64,000 nucleotides of DNA, from the NCBI GenBank assembly GCA_002402995.1, contig DHGX01000004.1:85186-149185 (forward strand), written 5' to 3'. Below are positions 1-9,788 of this stretch, piece by piece. The translations under genes were made by a program, and so were the position numbers. The first letter of the stretch is position 1; the number at the start of each line of letters is the position of its first letter. This DNA is from Patescibacteria group bacterium UBA4787 (GTDB lineage Bacteria > Patescibacteriota > Patescibacteriia > UBA2591 > UBA4787). Under the pieces are notes generated by a model. The model ran no database searches, had not been told where the DNA came from, and saw only the letters and a program-made list of their open reading frames with translations.

Positions 1-39
1 GGTATCAAAAATCGCCAAAAAAGCAACCAAGTTGACTAA

Positions 40-1089
40 ATGGGCAGCTCGGCATATTATGGTAATATGATGTTTAAAGAATCAATTTTATATCGAAAAT
101 TAAACAAACAAATAGTTCAATGCCAAACCTGCGCTCATTATTGCATTATCAAGCCCGGTGAGCGGGGTTTTTGCGGTGTACGAGAAAATCAAAATGGGAA
201 GCTTTATGTTTTAAATTATGGTAAGATTATCGCGCTTAATATCGATCCAATTGAGAAAAAACCACTATTCCATTTTTTGCCAGGCAGTCAGTCTTTGTCA
301 TTAGCTTCGGCCGGCTGTAATCTTGCCTGCGCGAACTGCCAGAATTGGGAAATTTCCCAGAGCCCGCGATTATATAAAAAAATAGAAGGAAACAATATTA
401 AACCGGTAGAAATTATTAAAATTGCTCGAGAAAATAATCTCCCATCAATTTCTTATACTTATACAGAGCCGACAATTTTTTTAGAATATGCGCTGGAAGT
501 AATGAAATTAGCAAAAAAAGAAAAGATAAAAAATGTTTGGGTCAGCAATGGTTTCATGTCTCCGGAATCGGCCAAGCTTGTCATCCCCCATCTCGCGGCC
601 AACAACATTGATCTCAAAAGCTTCTCAGATGATTTTTACCAGCAGAGTTGCGGGGCACGATTAGCGCCGCTCCTTGAAACATTAAAATTAATGAAAAGGG
701 GCGGAGTATGGCTGGAGATTACCACTTTGGTTATTCCCACTCTTACTGACACAGAAGAAAATTTTAGACAAATTGCCAAATTTATTTATGATCAATTAGG
801 CGCAGAAACTCCGTGGCACATCAGTCGTTTTTCCGGAGCAATTTCTTGGAAATTAAATAACCTGCCCGACACGCCGATAAAAACGCTAAAATTGGCTTAT
901 AAAATTGGCCAAGAAATCGGCCTTAAATATATTTACGTGGGCAATGCGACGGAATTAAATTTAGAAAATACTCATTGTCCCAAGTGCAACAATCTTTTAA
1001 TACGAAGAACGGGTTATGAGATTTTTCGTTTTGATAAAAACGGTAAATGTCCCAAATGTTACGAAAGTGTTAATCTAATCATTGATTAG
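40..1089 (+). CDS. AmmeMemoRadiSam system radical SAM enzyme (pyruvate formate-lyase activase-like)
   Basis: 349 aa. The CNLACANCQNW motif (CxxxCxxC) and the upstream FCGVREN...IDPIEKKPLFHFLPGS block are typical of the AmmeMemoRadiSam radical SAM family. Confidence 0.8.
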   Translation: MGSSAYYGNMMFKESILYRKLNKQIVQCQTCAHYCIIKPGERGFCGVRENQNGKLYVLNYGKIIALNIDPIEKKPLFHFLPGSQSLSLASAGCNLACANCQNWEISQSPRLYKKIEGNNIKPVEIIKIARENNLPSISYTYTEPTIFLEYALEVMKLAKKEKIKNVWVSNGFMSPESAKLVIPHLAANNIDLKSFSDDFYQQSCGARLAPLLETLKLMKRGGVWLEITTLVIPTLTDTEENFRQIAKFIYDQLGAETPWHISRFSGAISWKLNNLPDTPIKTLKLAYKIGQEIGLKYIYVGNATELNLENTHCPKCNNLLIRRTGYEIFRFDKNGKCPKCYESVNLIID

Positions 1090-1113
1090 ATAATATTTTA
1101 AACCTGTGGATAA

Positions 1114-1140
1114 TTAGCACTCTCCCTTGACGAGTGCTAA
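1114..1140. promoter_or_regulatory. CIRCE operator (HrcA binding site) upstream of clpB
   Basis: TTAGCACTC-N9-GAGTGCTAA is a perfect match to the CIRCE consensus inverted repeat and lies 43 nt upstream of the clpB ATG. Confidence 0.85.
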
Positions 1141-1155
1141 CGATTGTGTTATGAT
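1127..1155 (+). promoter_or_regulatory. putative sigma70-like promoter of clpB overlapping CIRCE
   Basis: TTGACG -17 nt- TATGAT immediately upstream of clpB. The -35 hexamer lies inside the CIRCE spacer. Confidence 0.4.
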
Positions 1156-1182
1156 TATTAAATAATTTTCAAATATTATTTT

Positions 1183-3813
1183 ATGAATAATTTTACCATT
1201 AAAGCTCAAGAAGCTTTGCAAAACGCCCAGAATATAGCTATAGAAAACAATCAACAGCAAGTTGACTCTGCTCATCTGGCTTTTTCTCTTCTTATTCAAG
1301 AAGAAGGGATTATTCCAACAATTTTACAAAAACTAGAAGCTGATTTTGATAAAATAAAAAATAAAATTTCAAAAATCATTGAATATATTCCGCAAACACA
1401 ATTGCCAGGTAGTGTCGGTTTAGCCGAAATGTTTATCACCCCCCTTCTTCAAAAGACGCTCTTTCAGGCGACCAAAGAAGCTCAACAATTTAAAGATGAA
1501 TACGTAAGCACCGAACATCTTTTTCTGGCTATTTTAATCGTACCGTCTATTATAAAAGACGTTTTTAAGGAATTTAACGTTGATCACGACAAGGTTTTGA
1601 AAGTATTGGTTACTATCCGCGGCAATGAAAAGATTACAGAACCGGAACCGGAAAGCAAATATCAGGCGTTAGAAAAATATACTACAAATTTAACCGATAT
1701 GGCTCGTCGCGGGAAAATTGATCCCGTTGTTGGAAGGGATGACGAAACGAGGAGGGTAATACAAATACTTTCTAGAAGAACAAAAAACAATCCGGTTTTA
1801 ATCGGTGAAGCCGGCGTTGGTAAAACCGCCATTGTCGAAGGATTAGCTCAAAGAATCGTAAGCGGAGAAGTGCCGGAATCCCTTAAAAATAAAGAATTAA
1901 TTTCTTTAGATTTAGGAGCTCTTATTGCCGGAACGAAATTTAGAGGCGAATTCGAAAATCGTCTAAAAGCTGTTTTAAAAGAAATTAATAAATCCGGTAT
2001 TTATATTTTATTTATTGACGAGCTGCACACCCTTGTAGGCGCCGGAAGCGCGGAAGGAGCGGTTGACGCTTCAAATATGTTAAAACCTGCGTTAGCGCGA
2101 GGAGAACTTCATTGCATCGGCGCTACCACCCTAAAAGAATATCAGAAATATATAGAAAAAGATCAAGCTTTTGAAAGAAGATTTCAACCGATTTATGTTG
2201 TCGAGCCATCAACAGAAGATGCAGTTGCTATTCTCAGGGGTATTAAAGAAAAATATGAAATTCATCATGGCATTAGAATTACCGACGATGCTATTACCGC
2301 AGCCGTTAAATTTTCCCAACGCTATATTACTGATCGCTTCTTACCGGATAAAGCTATTGACTTGATTGACGAATCCGCGTCTTCCTTAAGAATGGAGATC
2401 GAAAGCCAGCCGGAAGAATTAGACAAGCTAAAAAGAAAAATTAAACAATTAGAGATTGAAAAAACAGCCATCGGCAATGATAAAGGAGTCAAAGAGCAGA
2501 TTAAAAAAATAGAAAAAACCATGGCTGATCTAAAAGAGAAAGCGGTTGATTTTGAATTGAGATGGAGAACAGAAAAAGAATTAATTTTGAACATTAAATC
2601 GTTTAAAGGAAAGATTGATAATTTTAAACAAGAAGTTAAAGAGAACGAACGTCGAGGCGATCTTCAGAAAGTGGCAGAAGTTTTGTATGGTAAAATACCG
2701 GAAGCCGAAAAACAGCTTGGAGCAACACAAAACAAATTATCTAAATTGCAGAAAAATAAAAGAATTTTGAAAGAAGAAATTACCGAAGAAGATATTGCCA
2801 AAATAGTGTCTCGTTGGACTGGCATACCCATTAATAAAATGATGGAAGAAGAAACTAAGAAATTACTAGAGTTCGAAAACGAGATTCATAAACGATTAGT
2901 CGACCAGGAAGAAGCCGTTAAGGCCGTGGCTAACGCTATTAGAAGATCACGAAGCGGACTAGGAGAGGAAAATCGTCCAATCGCCTCTTTCATCTTTTTG
3001 GGTCCGACGGGTGTAGGAAAAACAGAATTAGCCAAGGCTTTGGCAGAATTTATATTTGATAGCGAATCAGCGCTAGTTCGTTTTGATATGTCTGAATATT
3101 CCGAAAAATATACCGTATCCAGAATGATCGGAGCGGCGCCAGGATATGTCGGTTATGAAGAAGGCGGACAATTAACAGAAATTATAAAGCGTCGTCCCTA
3201 TAGCGTTATTTTGTTTGATGAAATTGAAAAGGCTCATCCGGAAATCTTTAATATTCTATTGCAGATTTTAGACGACGGTCGTTTAACTGACGCGAAAGGC
3301 AGGACGATTAATTTCAAAAATACGATTATTGTTATGACATCGAATATAGGTAGCGAGATAATACAGGCGCACGTCAAAAGCGCCGGTGGTTTTGGTTTTA
3401 CGCCGAAAGAAGACAGCGCTCAGTCCAATAAAGACTTGCAAGAAAAAATAAATTCTCTGTTAAAAGAAAATTTTAAACCCGAGTTCTTAAATCGTGTTGA
3501 CGAAATTATTACTTTTCAATCGTTAAATAAAGATGATATTAAAAAAATCGTTGATCTTCAGCTTAACAAGGTAAATAAAAGATTAATTGAAAAGAGAATA
3601 GACCTGGAGATAACCGAATCTGCTAGAGCTTTAATTGCCGAGAAGGGCTATGATCCGGTTTTCGGTGCCCGACCGCTTAAAAGAGTCATTCAGAGAGAAA
3701 TTTTAGATCCACTATCCTTAGAAATAATTAAAAGTAAAATTAAAGAAGGAAGCGTAATCAAGGTTGACGCCGTTAATAATAAAATTTCTATTAGTAAAAT
3801 TAGTAAAAAATAG
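1183..3813 (+). CDS. clpB: ATP-dependent chaperone ClpB
   Basis: 876 aa with an N-terminal Clp domain, two AAA+ modules ([12 protein letters not shown] and [15 protein letters not shown] Walker A motifs), a long coiled-coil middle domain and a C-terminal domain. Confidence 0.95.
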   Translation: MNNFTIKAQEALQNAQNIAIENNQQQVDSAHLAFSLLIQEEGIIPTILQKLEADFDKIKNKISKIIEYIPQTQLPGSVGLAEMFITPLLQKTLFQATKEAQQFKDEYVSTEHLFLAILIVPSIIKDVFKEFNVDHDKVLKVLVTIRGNEKITEPEPESKYQALEKYTTNLTDMARRGKIDPVVGRDDETRRVIQILSRRTKNNPVLIGEAGVGKTAIVEGLAQRIVSGEVPESLKNKELISLDLGALIAGTKFRGEFENRLKAVLKEINKSGIYILFIDELHTLVGAGSAEGAVDASNMLKPALARGELHCIGATTLKEYQKYIEKDQAFERRFQPIYVVEPSTEDAVAILRGIKEKYEIHHGIRITDDAITAAVKFSQRYITDRFLPDKAIDLIDESASSLRMEIESQPEELDKLKRKIKQLEIEKTAIGNDKGVKEQIKKIEKTMADLKEKAVDFELRWRTEKELILNIKSFKGKIDNFKQEVKENERRGDLQKVAEVLYGKIPEAEKQLGATQNKLSKLQKNKRILKEEITEEDIAKIVSRWTGIPINKMMEEETKKLLEFENEIHKRLVDQEEAVKAVANAIRRSRSGLGEENRPIASFIFLGPTGVGKTELAKALAEFIFDSESALVRFDMSEYSEKYTVSRMIGAAPGYVGYEEGGQLTEIIKRRPYSVILFDEIEKAHPEIFNILLQILDDGRLTDAKGRTINFKNTIIVMTSNIGSEIIQAHVKSAGGFGFTPKEDSAQSNKDLQEKINSLLKENFKPEFLNRVDEIITFQSLNKDDIKKIVDLQLNKVNKRLIEKRIDLEITESARALIAEKGYDPVFGARPLKRVIQREILDPLSLEIIKSKIKEGSVIKVDAVNNKISISKISKK

Positions 3814-3849
3814 TTATATTATAAGTCTCAATCCGTCGTCTGACGGAGA

Positions 3850-4641
3850 TTATAGTTTAAAGTTGGCTATTAAATAGCCAACTCCGAATGGTCCCTCGTA
3901 AGAAATGACCTCTGTTTTGTATTTGGTCTCAAACAGAATACTCATTAAAACCAGTAAAGAACGAAAACCGCATTCCCCTGCTTCTTCAAGAAGTGATTCG
4001 TCTAAGTCAAGCAAAGACTTAATTGCTGTTTTTGGTTTCTTGATTATATCAACAATTTTTTGGTCAAATATTATTCCCCGCGGTGAATAGCCGGCCGGCG
4101 CGTCAACCGTTAAGCGATGGGATAGGTCACCCGATGCGACAATAGCCACCTTCTTGTTAGATTTTAGGATTTCTTCTTTTAAAAGCGCGCCAAATTTTAT
4201 ATGTGTGTCGCGATCAAGTGAAGAATAACTCAGTGGTATTATGTTGAAATTGTTTAAATAGCGGCTTAAATAATAAAGAGGGACGCTTACGCCATGGTCT
4301 AGAATCTGATCGCTAATCATGGTTAGGGGTATTTTTGTTTCCATGCCTTCTCTTATTTGATGTGCCAACTTAATATCACCTTTAAATTTTAATTGCGTTG
4401 ATAAATCTCCGAAGTCTTTAAGGTTGCCGTAATAATCTTCGGATAAATTAATACAAAAAGCATCGCCGAATATCTGTCCGTGCGGTGAAATTATTATGAT
4501 CGTTTCCGGCGCGGCTTTGCCGATTTTTTTAGCTAATGTGCCAAATCCGCGAACCGTTTTTTTTATAAATTTTATATTTTCTTTCCCAACAGAAGGCACG
4601 GCAATGGGTGGATGAGGAACAAAGGCAGCAAAGTTTAACAT
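3850..4641 (-). CDS. AmmeMemoRadiSam system protein B (Memo1/LigB-like)
   Basis: 263 aa. Memo-family motifs are present (PHPP near the N-terminus, SPHG, GDLSHRL). Confidence 0.75.
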   Translation of the reverse strand: MLNFAAFVPHPPIAVPSVGKENIKFIKKTVRGFGTLAKKIGKAAPETIIIISPHGQIFGDAFCINLSEDYYGNLKDFGDLSTQLKFKGDIKLAHQIREGMETKIPLTMISDQILDHGVSVPLYYLSRYLNNFNIIPLSYSSLDRDTHIKFGALLKEEILKSNKKVAIVASGDLSHRLTVDAPAGYSPRGIIFDQKIVDIIKKPKTAIKSLLDLDESLLEEAGECGFRSLLVLMSILFETKYKTEVISYEGPFGVGYLIANFKL

Positions 4642-4662
4642 AAATATTATAAATTTATGCGT

Positions 4663-6030
4663 TTAAAGAGTTGAACTTAAATCTAGGGTTTCACCATCCG
4701 AATGCAATCCTAACACCGTCAAAGAAGTTTCCAAGACATTGGTCCAACCATAGCCAAGCGCTAAAAAAGTTTCTTCATTGGCGATGGCTAGTTTTTTACC
4801 ATGAGATATCACATAAACGGTCGGGTTGTCGTTTAATTTCACGAGAGTTCCGTCGGCGAGTTTAATGGGGTCGCCAATTTTTAATAATTCTAATTCTGAA
4901 TTATTAATTTTATCCAGTGTTCGATAAGAAAAATTGTTATCTAGAATATCTTTTGAGATAATTGGATGAAAGGTGTCGTCGACTACGTAATAAACTGACC
5001 CAGTGTCTATATTTTGAATTAATGAACCGGTTGGATAAGGAGTATTAATCGTCGGCCCGTCTTGATATAGAGCCAGATCCTTTTTATTAACTTCGATAAT
5101 TTCTTCGGGGTTGATTCCTATTTTTTTAACTAATTCGTATCCGTTAAATTTTCTCTTTATGTTTTTAAAAACTAAATAAAAGTTACTTCCCTCTTTTAAA
5201 ACAGAATAGTCGGGAAATAGCATTGGTTCACCGATAGAATATTCAATGAAATCTTTTTGGCTGACGGTTTTGACTTTTTCGTAACTATGACTGGTTAAAA
5301 ATATATTTTTGGAATAGAATGGCCTTTTTGCGTTATTCTGTATAAGCCAAACGCCCGGCTCATTGGCAAGTTTGATTAAAGATCCTTCTGCTAAGGGACC
5401 TTCTTCGTAGCTGAACCATTTATTCCATATTTTCCAAAACAACTTATTGGCTTTAATATAAGGGGTGTAATTATACAGAGCAGCTGTGGCTAAATTTTGT
5501 GGGACAATTAAGCCGGCTGTGGTTTTTGAAGATTGTCCTGGGCGAAATTTAAATTCCCAAGGATGCTTTAAAAAATAATCTAATCGCCAGGCAGCGCTAT
5601 AAACTTGATTGGTAAAGCCCGCGAACCGACTAATGGGCTTCTGGCCGTCATAACAGGCAAAGCCGGTTGCCCAGTCTATTTGGCTTTGTTTTTCCGCTTT
5701 ATTGGTAACCAAAGACTGTTCTTTTTGAATTAAAGTTATTAGTGCTTTAGGATTTATTCCGTGTTTTTGACTGGCGCCAAAAATTATTTCTGAAGAATGT
5801 TTAATTTTGCCGTCTAAATCAGTTACATATAATTCGGCTAAAGCCCCACTCTGTTTTACTAAAAAATTATTTATTTCGTCTAAAGACATTGACTGCGAAT
5901 TAGTCAATTCAAAATCCGAAATAATATAATTTTGATTAAATTCAGAAGTCGCACCAAGCGCATTGCCACAAGGAAAAACGACAAGACCAATAAAAATAAT
6001 AAAAATAGTTTTTTTAATTATTCCATTCAT
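4663..6030 (-). CDS. secreted hypothetical protein (N-terminal signal peptide)
   Basis: 455 aa with a hydrophobic N-terminal signal sequence (FIIFIGLVVFPCGNALGA). No family was recognised by eye. Confidence 0.55.
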   Translation of the reverse strand: MNGIIKKTIFIIFIGLVVFPCGNALGATSEFNQNYIISDFELTNSQSMSLDEINNFLVKQSGALAELYVTDLDGKIKHSSEIIFGASQKHGINPKALITLIQKEQSLVTNKAEKQSQIDWATGFACYDGQKPISRFAGFTNQVYSAAWRLDYFLKHPWEFKFRPGQSSKTTAGLIVPQNLATAALYNYTPYIKANKLFWKIWNKWFSYEEGPLAEGSLIKLANEPGVWLIQNNAKRPFYSKNIFLTSHSYEKVKTVSQKDFIEYSIGEPMLFPDYSVLKEGSNFYLVFKNIKRKFNGYELVKKIGINPEEIIEVNKKDLALYQDGPTINTPYPTGSLIQNIDTGSVYYVVDDTFHPIISKDILDNNFSYRTLDKINNSELELLKIGDPIKLADGTLVKLNDNPTVYVISHGKKLAIANEETFLALGYGWTNVLETSLTVLGLHSDGETLDLSSTL

Positions 6031-6045
6031 TCTTAGTTGGACTAT

Positions 6046-7572
6046 TTATTTTATTTTAAAAATATCTATTTCTTTTAAAGCGGTTTCGGCTAATTTGATA
6101 TGAAGTTGGCTGACAGTATACATCGTAAAAAGAATTTCGCCTTTTTTAATTTTATCCCCCACAACTTTATGAATATAAACACCCGCCTTTTTTTCGCTGG
6201 GCGCGCCCAGTAAACGGCAAATTTCTACTAGATTTTTATTATCAATGTCGATTATTCTGCCATTTTTTTTCGATTTAATAGCTAGTTGCACTGTGCCTTG
6301 TTGGATTCTTTCTGAATTAATATTTTGATTGCCTCCTTGCGCTTTAATAATTTCTTGCATTTTTCTCCAGGCCTTTCGGAGTCTTAAAGATTGTTCTGCT
6401 ATTAATATTCCTTTTCCTTTCGGCGCTTTTCCGCATAATTCCAATAATTTACCGGCTACAATCGTTGATTTTTTTTCTAAATCCATCGGTCTGTTTTCTT
6501 TTTGCTGAAGGACCCTTAAGATGTCTCTTGCTTCTAATGAAGGGCCGATACCTCGACCGATCGGTCCATTGGCCTTGCTAATGGCTACATAAATTTTCAC
6601 GCCGAATCTATTAGCAATATATTTGAATAAGGATTTTAATTCTCGAGCCTCTTTCATGTTTTTGACTTTCGCTGTTTTGCCCACAGGCATGTCGATAATT
6701 AAATATTTTGCCCCCATGGCTAGTTTTTTAGCCATAATACTCACTACCATTTTGGAAAAAGGTTCAATACCTAAATGATACATTGTTTTAAGAATACGAT
6801 CGTCGGCAGGCGCTAATTTTACTGCTCCGCCCCACACCAAACATCCGTTCGTCTTTTTCACCACCCTCTTAATTTTTTTTATATCTAATTGCACCGGAGC
6901 GATAACTTCAAAACTATCGGCTGTGCCGGCGGCCGAAGTAATGGCACGGGAAGATGTTTTGGGTATACAAATGCCTTCACCAGCCAAAATAGCCACTAAA
7001 ATTGGCGTAACTCTGTTGCCAGGCAGCCCCCCTACTGAATGTTTGTCGGCGACACGATTATTAAAATGAAGCATTTCGCCGGTTCCAGCCATCGCTTTGG
7101 TCAAAAAATACATTTCTTCGCGGCTGAAACTTGCTTTGTCAAAGGCGCTGGCCACAAAAAAGGCAATTTGCACTTCGTCCAATCTATGGTCAACTATATC
7201 TTTAATAATGGAATAAATTTCCGAATAAGAAAGGCGTCCACCTAATAATTTTTTTTGTATGGCTTTTACCGAAATCGGCTGCCCGGGCAATAAGAATTCG
7301 ATTAAATTATTATTTTGTATTTTATAAGTATTGGTAATATCCCTAAAGACTCCAACAAAACCGGGTTTAACCAAATCGATAGCTTCAGTAAGCGCTGTTA
7401 CGTTAACCATAACAACGGTTCTGTGTCTATGCCACTTAAAAATTAATTCGTCTCCGGACCGTAGACCGTAGCGCAGAGCATCTTTTTGGTGTAATACCAC
7501 AACCCATGGATGACCGGCTTGAATGTCGAGTTTCTTGGCGCGCAAGAAGATTTTATGACCGTTGTTATTCAT
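6046..7572 (-). CDS. AMP phosphorylase (archaeal-type DeoA/thymidine phosphorylase family with N-terminal extension)
   Basis: 508 aa. The pyrimidine-nucleoside-phosphorylase fold (HSVGGLPGNRVTPILVAILAG, TSSRAITSAAGTAD) plus a ~80 aa N-terminal domain fits the ~500 aa AMP phosphorylases rather than ~440 aa thymidine phosphorylases. Confidence 0.7.
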   Translation of the reverse strand: MNNNGHKIFLRAKKLDIQAGHPWVVVLHQKDALRYGLRSGDELIFKWHRHRTVVMVNVTALTEAIDLVKPGFVGVFRDITNTYKIQNNNLIEFLLPGQPISVKAIQKKLLGGRLSYSEIYSIIKDIVDHRLDEVQIAFFVASAFDKASFSREEMYFLTKAMAGTGEMLHFNNRVADKHSVGGLPGNRVTPILVAILAGEGICIPKTSSRAITSAAGTADSFEVIAPVQLDIKKIKRVVKKTNGCLVWGGAVKLAPADDRILKTMYHLGIEPFSKMVVSIMAKKLAMGAKYLIIDMPVGKTAKVKNMKEARELKSLFKYIANRFGVKIYVAISKANGPIGRGIGPSLEARDILRVLQQKENRPMDLEKKSTIVAGKLLELCGKAPKGKGILIAEQSLRLRKAWRKMQEIIKAQGGNQNINSERIQQGTVQLAIKSKKNGRIIDIDNKNLVEICRLLGAPSEKKAGVYIHKVVGDKIKKGEILFTMYTVSQLHIKLAETALKEIDIFKIK

Positions 7573-7588
7573 AAATTTATATGTGATT

Positions 7589-8581
7589 TCATTTATTGTT
7601 TAAAATCCAAGGATATTTATTTTTTAAAGTTTTACGTAAATTTTTTGGTTTAATAATGCCAAATTCCGTTATAAAGCCGATAATGTATTTTGGCGGTATT
7701 AAATCAAAAGCGAAATTGACAATTTTTAATTTTTTAGGAGCTTGCGGCCAAATTTCTTTTGACGCGCGTTCTTCAATTTTAATCCATGAGGCGGGATGGA
7801 ATTTTAAAAGCGGAGCTGCCACATAAATCGGCACTTTTTCTGTAAATGCCGCAACGGCTATTCCAAAACTGCCAATTTTATTAATAGTCTCGCCATTATT
7901 TAAGATGGCGTCGGCTCCGATTATTATTTTATCAATCATTATCTTCTTTCCGGAATGGCGCGAAATTAAAAATCCAGCAGATGAATCGGTAACCATTGTG
8001 GTATTGACACCAGACTTAATTAATTGCTTGGAAGTAATTCGTCCTTGGAAAAATGGTCGTGTCTCGGTGTTAAAGACTCGAAACCTTTTATTTGATTTTT
8101 TAGCCGAGATAAGAATTTGCTCCACCAACCACGAATGACAATGGGTTAAAACGTTGTCATTGTTCTTTATGATTGATTTGCCGAACGGAATAATTAATTT
8201 AGCCGCATTTTCTATCAAGTGCAAGAATTTGTCGCTTGTTTTTTTGAGGCAATTTTTAGCTTGAACTGTGTCTTTAGGTTTAGTTTTTTTTAATTCTAAT
8301 AAAATGAATTTAACCCCATTTTGAGCCAAAGGCTCGGTTGGCCTGGCAGACAGCAAATAAAAAGCCGCTTTTTTTATGTTGGACTCCCATTCTTTAATCG
8401 TTTTAGACTGATAATTAATGCCATAGTCTCTAAGCGTAAAAATGATAGCCTTAGCTATAGCCGTAGCGCCCTGGATCTTCAGGGCTTTTATATCTCGATA
8501 TGTTTTTAGTAGTTTCTTTTCCATAAAAATGTTATGATTATTTATAAGAGTAATTATACTCTCCGCCAGCTGGCGGATCAC
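7589..8581 (-). CDS. ribose-1,5-bisphosphate isomerase (eIF-2B alpha/beta/delta-like, e2b2 family)
   Basis: 330 aa eIF-2B-like fold. The real start is probably the internal ATG at 8524 (MEKKLLKTYRD...), because the ORF-track start at 8581 is a GTG. It is co-directional with and adjacent to the AMP phosphorylase. Confidence 0.7.
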   Translation of the reverse strand: MIRQLAESIITLINNHNIFMEKKLLKTYRDIKALKIQGATAIAKAIIFTLRDYGINYQSKTIKEWESNIKKAAFYLLSARPTEPLAQNGVKFILLELKKTKPKDTVQAKNCLKKTSDKFLHLIENAAKLIIPFGKSIIKNNDNVLTHCHSWLVEQILISAKKSNKRFRVFNTETRPFFQGRITSKQLIKSGVNTTMVTDSSAGFLISRHSGKKIMIDKIIIGADAILNNGETINKIGSFGIAVAAFTEKVPIYVAAPLLKFHPASWIKIEERASKEIWPQAPKKLKIVNFAFDLIPPKYIIGFITEFGIIKPKNLRKTLKNKYPWILNNK

Positions 8582-8610
8582 TCGTAAAATTACGCAATTT
8601 ATCCATTAAT

Positions 8611-8694
8611 TATACCCGCTTCGCGGGTGAAATTGGGGCGCTCGGAGTCAAATCAAAAGAAGACTTTTGTCTGACATCCTCGCTACCAATTATA
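8611..8694 (+). repeat. family B dispersed intergenic repeat, copy B1 (GAGTATAAT-box element)
   Basis: Matches the consensus TATACTCGCTTTGCTTGTGAAATTGGGGCACTCGGAGTCAAATCAAAAGTAAAACTTTTGTTTGATCTCTTCGCTACCAATTATA. It lies in the divergent region between e2b2 and the AMMECR1 gene. Confidence 0.8.
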
Positions 8695-8724
8695 CCACAA
8701 TATAAAAAAATAGAGAATATAGTC

Positions 8725-9246
8725 ATGACGGATAAATATATAGAATTGGCTTTAAAAACAATAAAAACCTTTGTTAAAGACGACAAAATTATTAACGTAA
8801 ATACGCTTGAATTACCCAAAGAACTAACGGAAAAAAGAGCCGGTACTTTCGTCTCCGTGCATTTGAAAAATGGCGAATTAAGGGGCTGTATCGGCACTTT
8901 TTTGCCCGCGCGGCGCAATATCGCCGAAGAAATTATTTATAACGCGGTGGCCGCGGCTTCAGAAGATCCCAGGTTCTCGCCTATTCGGCCGGAGGAATTA
9001 GATAATTTGGAAATATCCGTTGACATTCTTTCTATGCCCGAGGCTGTTGATTCTGTGAAAAAATTAAATTATAAAAAATACGGCGTGATTGTTAGAAGCG
9101 GCAGAAAAAGCGGACTTTTATTGCCGGACTTAGAAGGAGTAAATACTGTTGAAGAGCAAATATCCATCGCCGCACGCAAAGCCGGGATTGATTTAGAGCG
9201 TGAAAAAATAGAATTATTCAGATTTTCCGTAGAACGACACGAATGA
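8725..9246 (+). CDS. AmmeMemoRadiSam system protein A (AMMECR1 domain)
   Basis: 173 aa with AMMECR1 hallmarks: RAGTFVSVH...LRGCIGT and GLLLPDLEG. Confidence 0.8.
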   Translation: MTDKYIELALKTIKTFVKDDKIINVNTLELPKELTEKRAGTFVSVHLKNGELRGCIGTFLPARRNIAEEIIYNAVAAASEDPRFSPIRPEELDNLEISVDILSMPEAVDSVKKLNYKKYGVIVRSGRKSGLLLPDLEGVNTVEEQISIAARKAGIDLEREKIELFRFSVERHE

Positions 9247-9313
9247 AATAAAATTATAATAATTAAAAAGCTGGGAGTATCCCCTATTTTATGTTATAAT
9301 AGATAGTATTGAT

Positions 9314-9775
9314 ATGCCAAAAACAAACAAAAGGATTAAAAAGATTAAAGAAAAAAAGGAGGAATCACCGATTCAGCAAATCGTTAATCATTATTTTTAC
9401 AGCAAAGGTTTAAACTTGGAACAGATTAAAGACAACGCCCAAAAAAGAAGAATAATTTATTCTCGTTTCACCCGACCCGCCAAAGATCTTTTGGAACTGG
9501 CCGGCTCGGTTAAAAAAGCCGAGGCAGCCATTGATACGGTGGCTAATTGGGCAAAATCACGCCGCTTGGATTATACGATTGAAACAGTTTTTAAAAAATG
9601 GCTGGAGTTAGATCGTCTGCAACCCAAAGAAATAGTCAAAAAACCGTTTTACAACGATTTGCCGATGTTTTGGTCGGAGCGCGAAAAGAAGTGGTATGTG
9701 ATTCCCGAAGACGGAGAATGGAAAGAATTCGCCGGAGACGAGAAAGAAATAATCTGGAAAAAACAAAAAAAATAA
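9314..9775 (+). CDS. hypothetical protein
   Basis: 153 aa ORF filling an intergenic space. No recognisable motif. Confidence 0.45.
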   Translation: MPKTNKRIKKIKEKKEESPIQQIVNHYFYSKGLNLEQIKDNAQKRRIIYSRFTRPAKDLLELAGSVKKAEAAIDTVANWAKSRRLDYTIETVFKKWLELDRLQPKEIVKKPFYNDLPMFWSEREKKWYVIPEDGEWKEFAGDEKEIIWKKQKK

Positions 9776-9788
9776 AAGGCGCTAAACA

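Noticed and set aside
1114-1299. 61-aa minus-strand ORF overlapping the CIRCE/promoter region and the clpB start
   Set aside because: It lies antisense across a well-supported operator and the clpB N-terminus. It has no homology and is an AT-rich random ORF.
3828-3850. Hairpin TCCGTCGTCTGACGGA between clpB and the Memo-like gene as a terminator
   Set aside because: The stem is short and has no following T-run. It may still act bidirectionally between the convergent genes, but the evidence is too weak to list.
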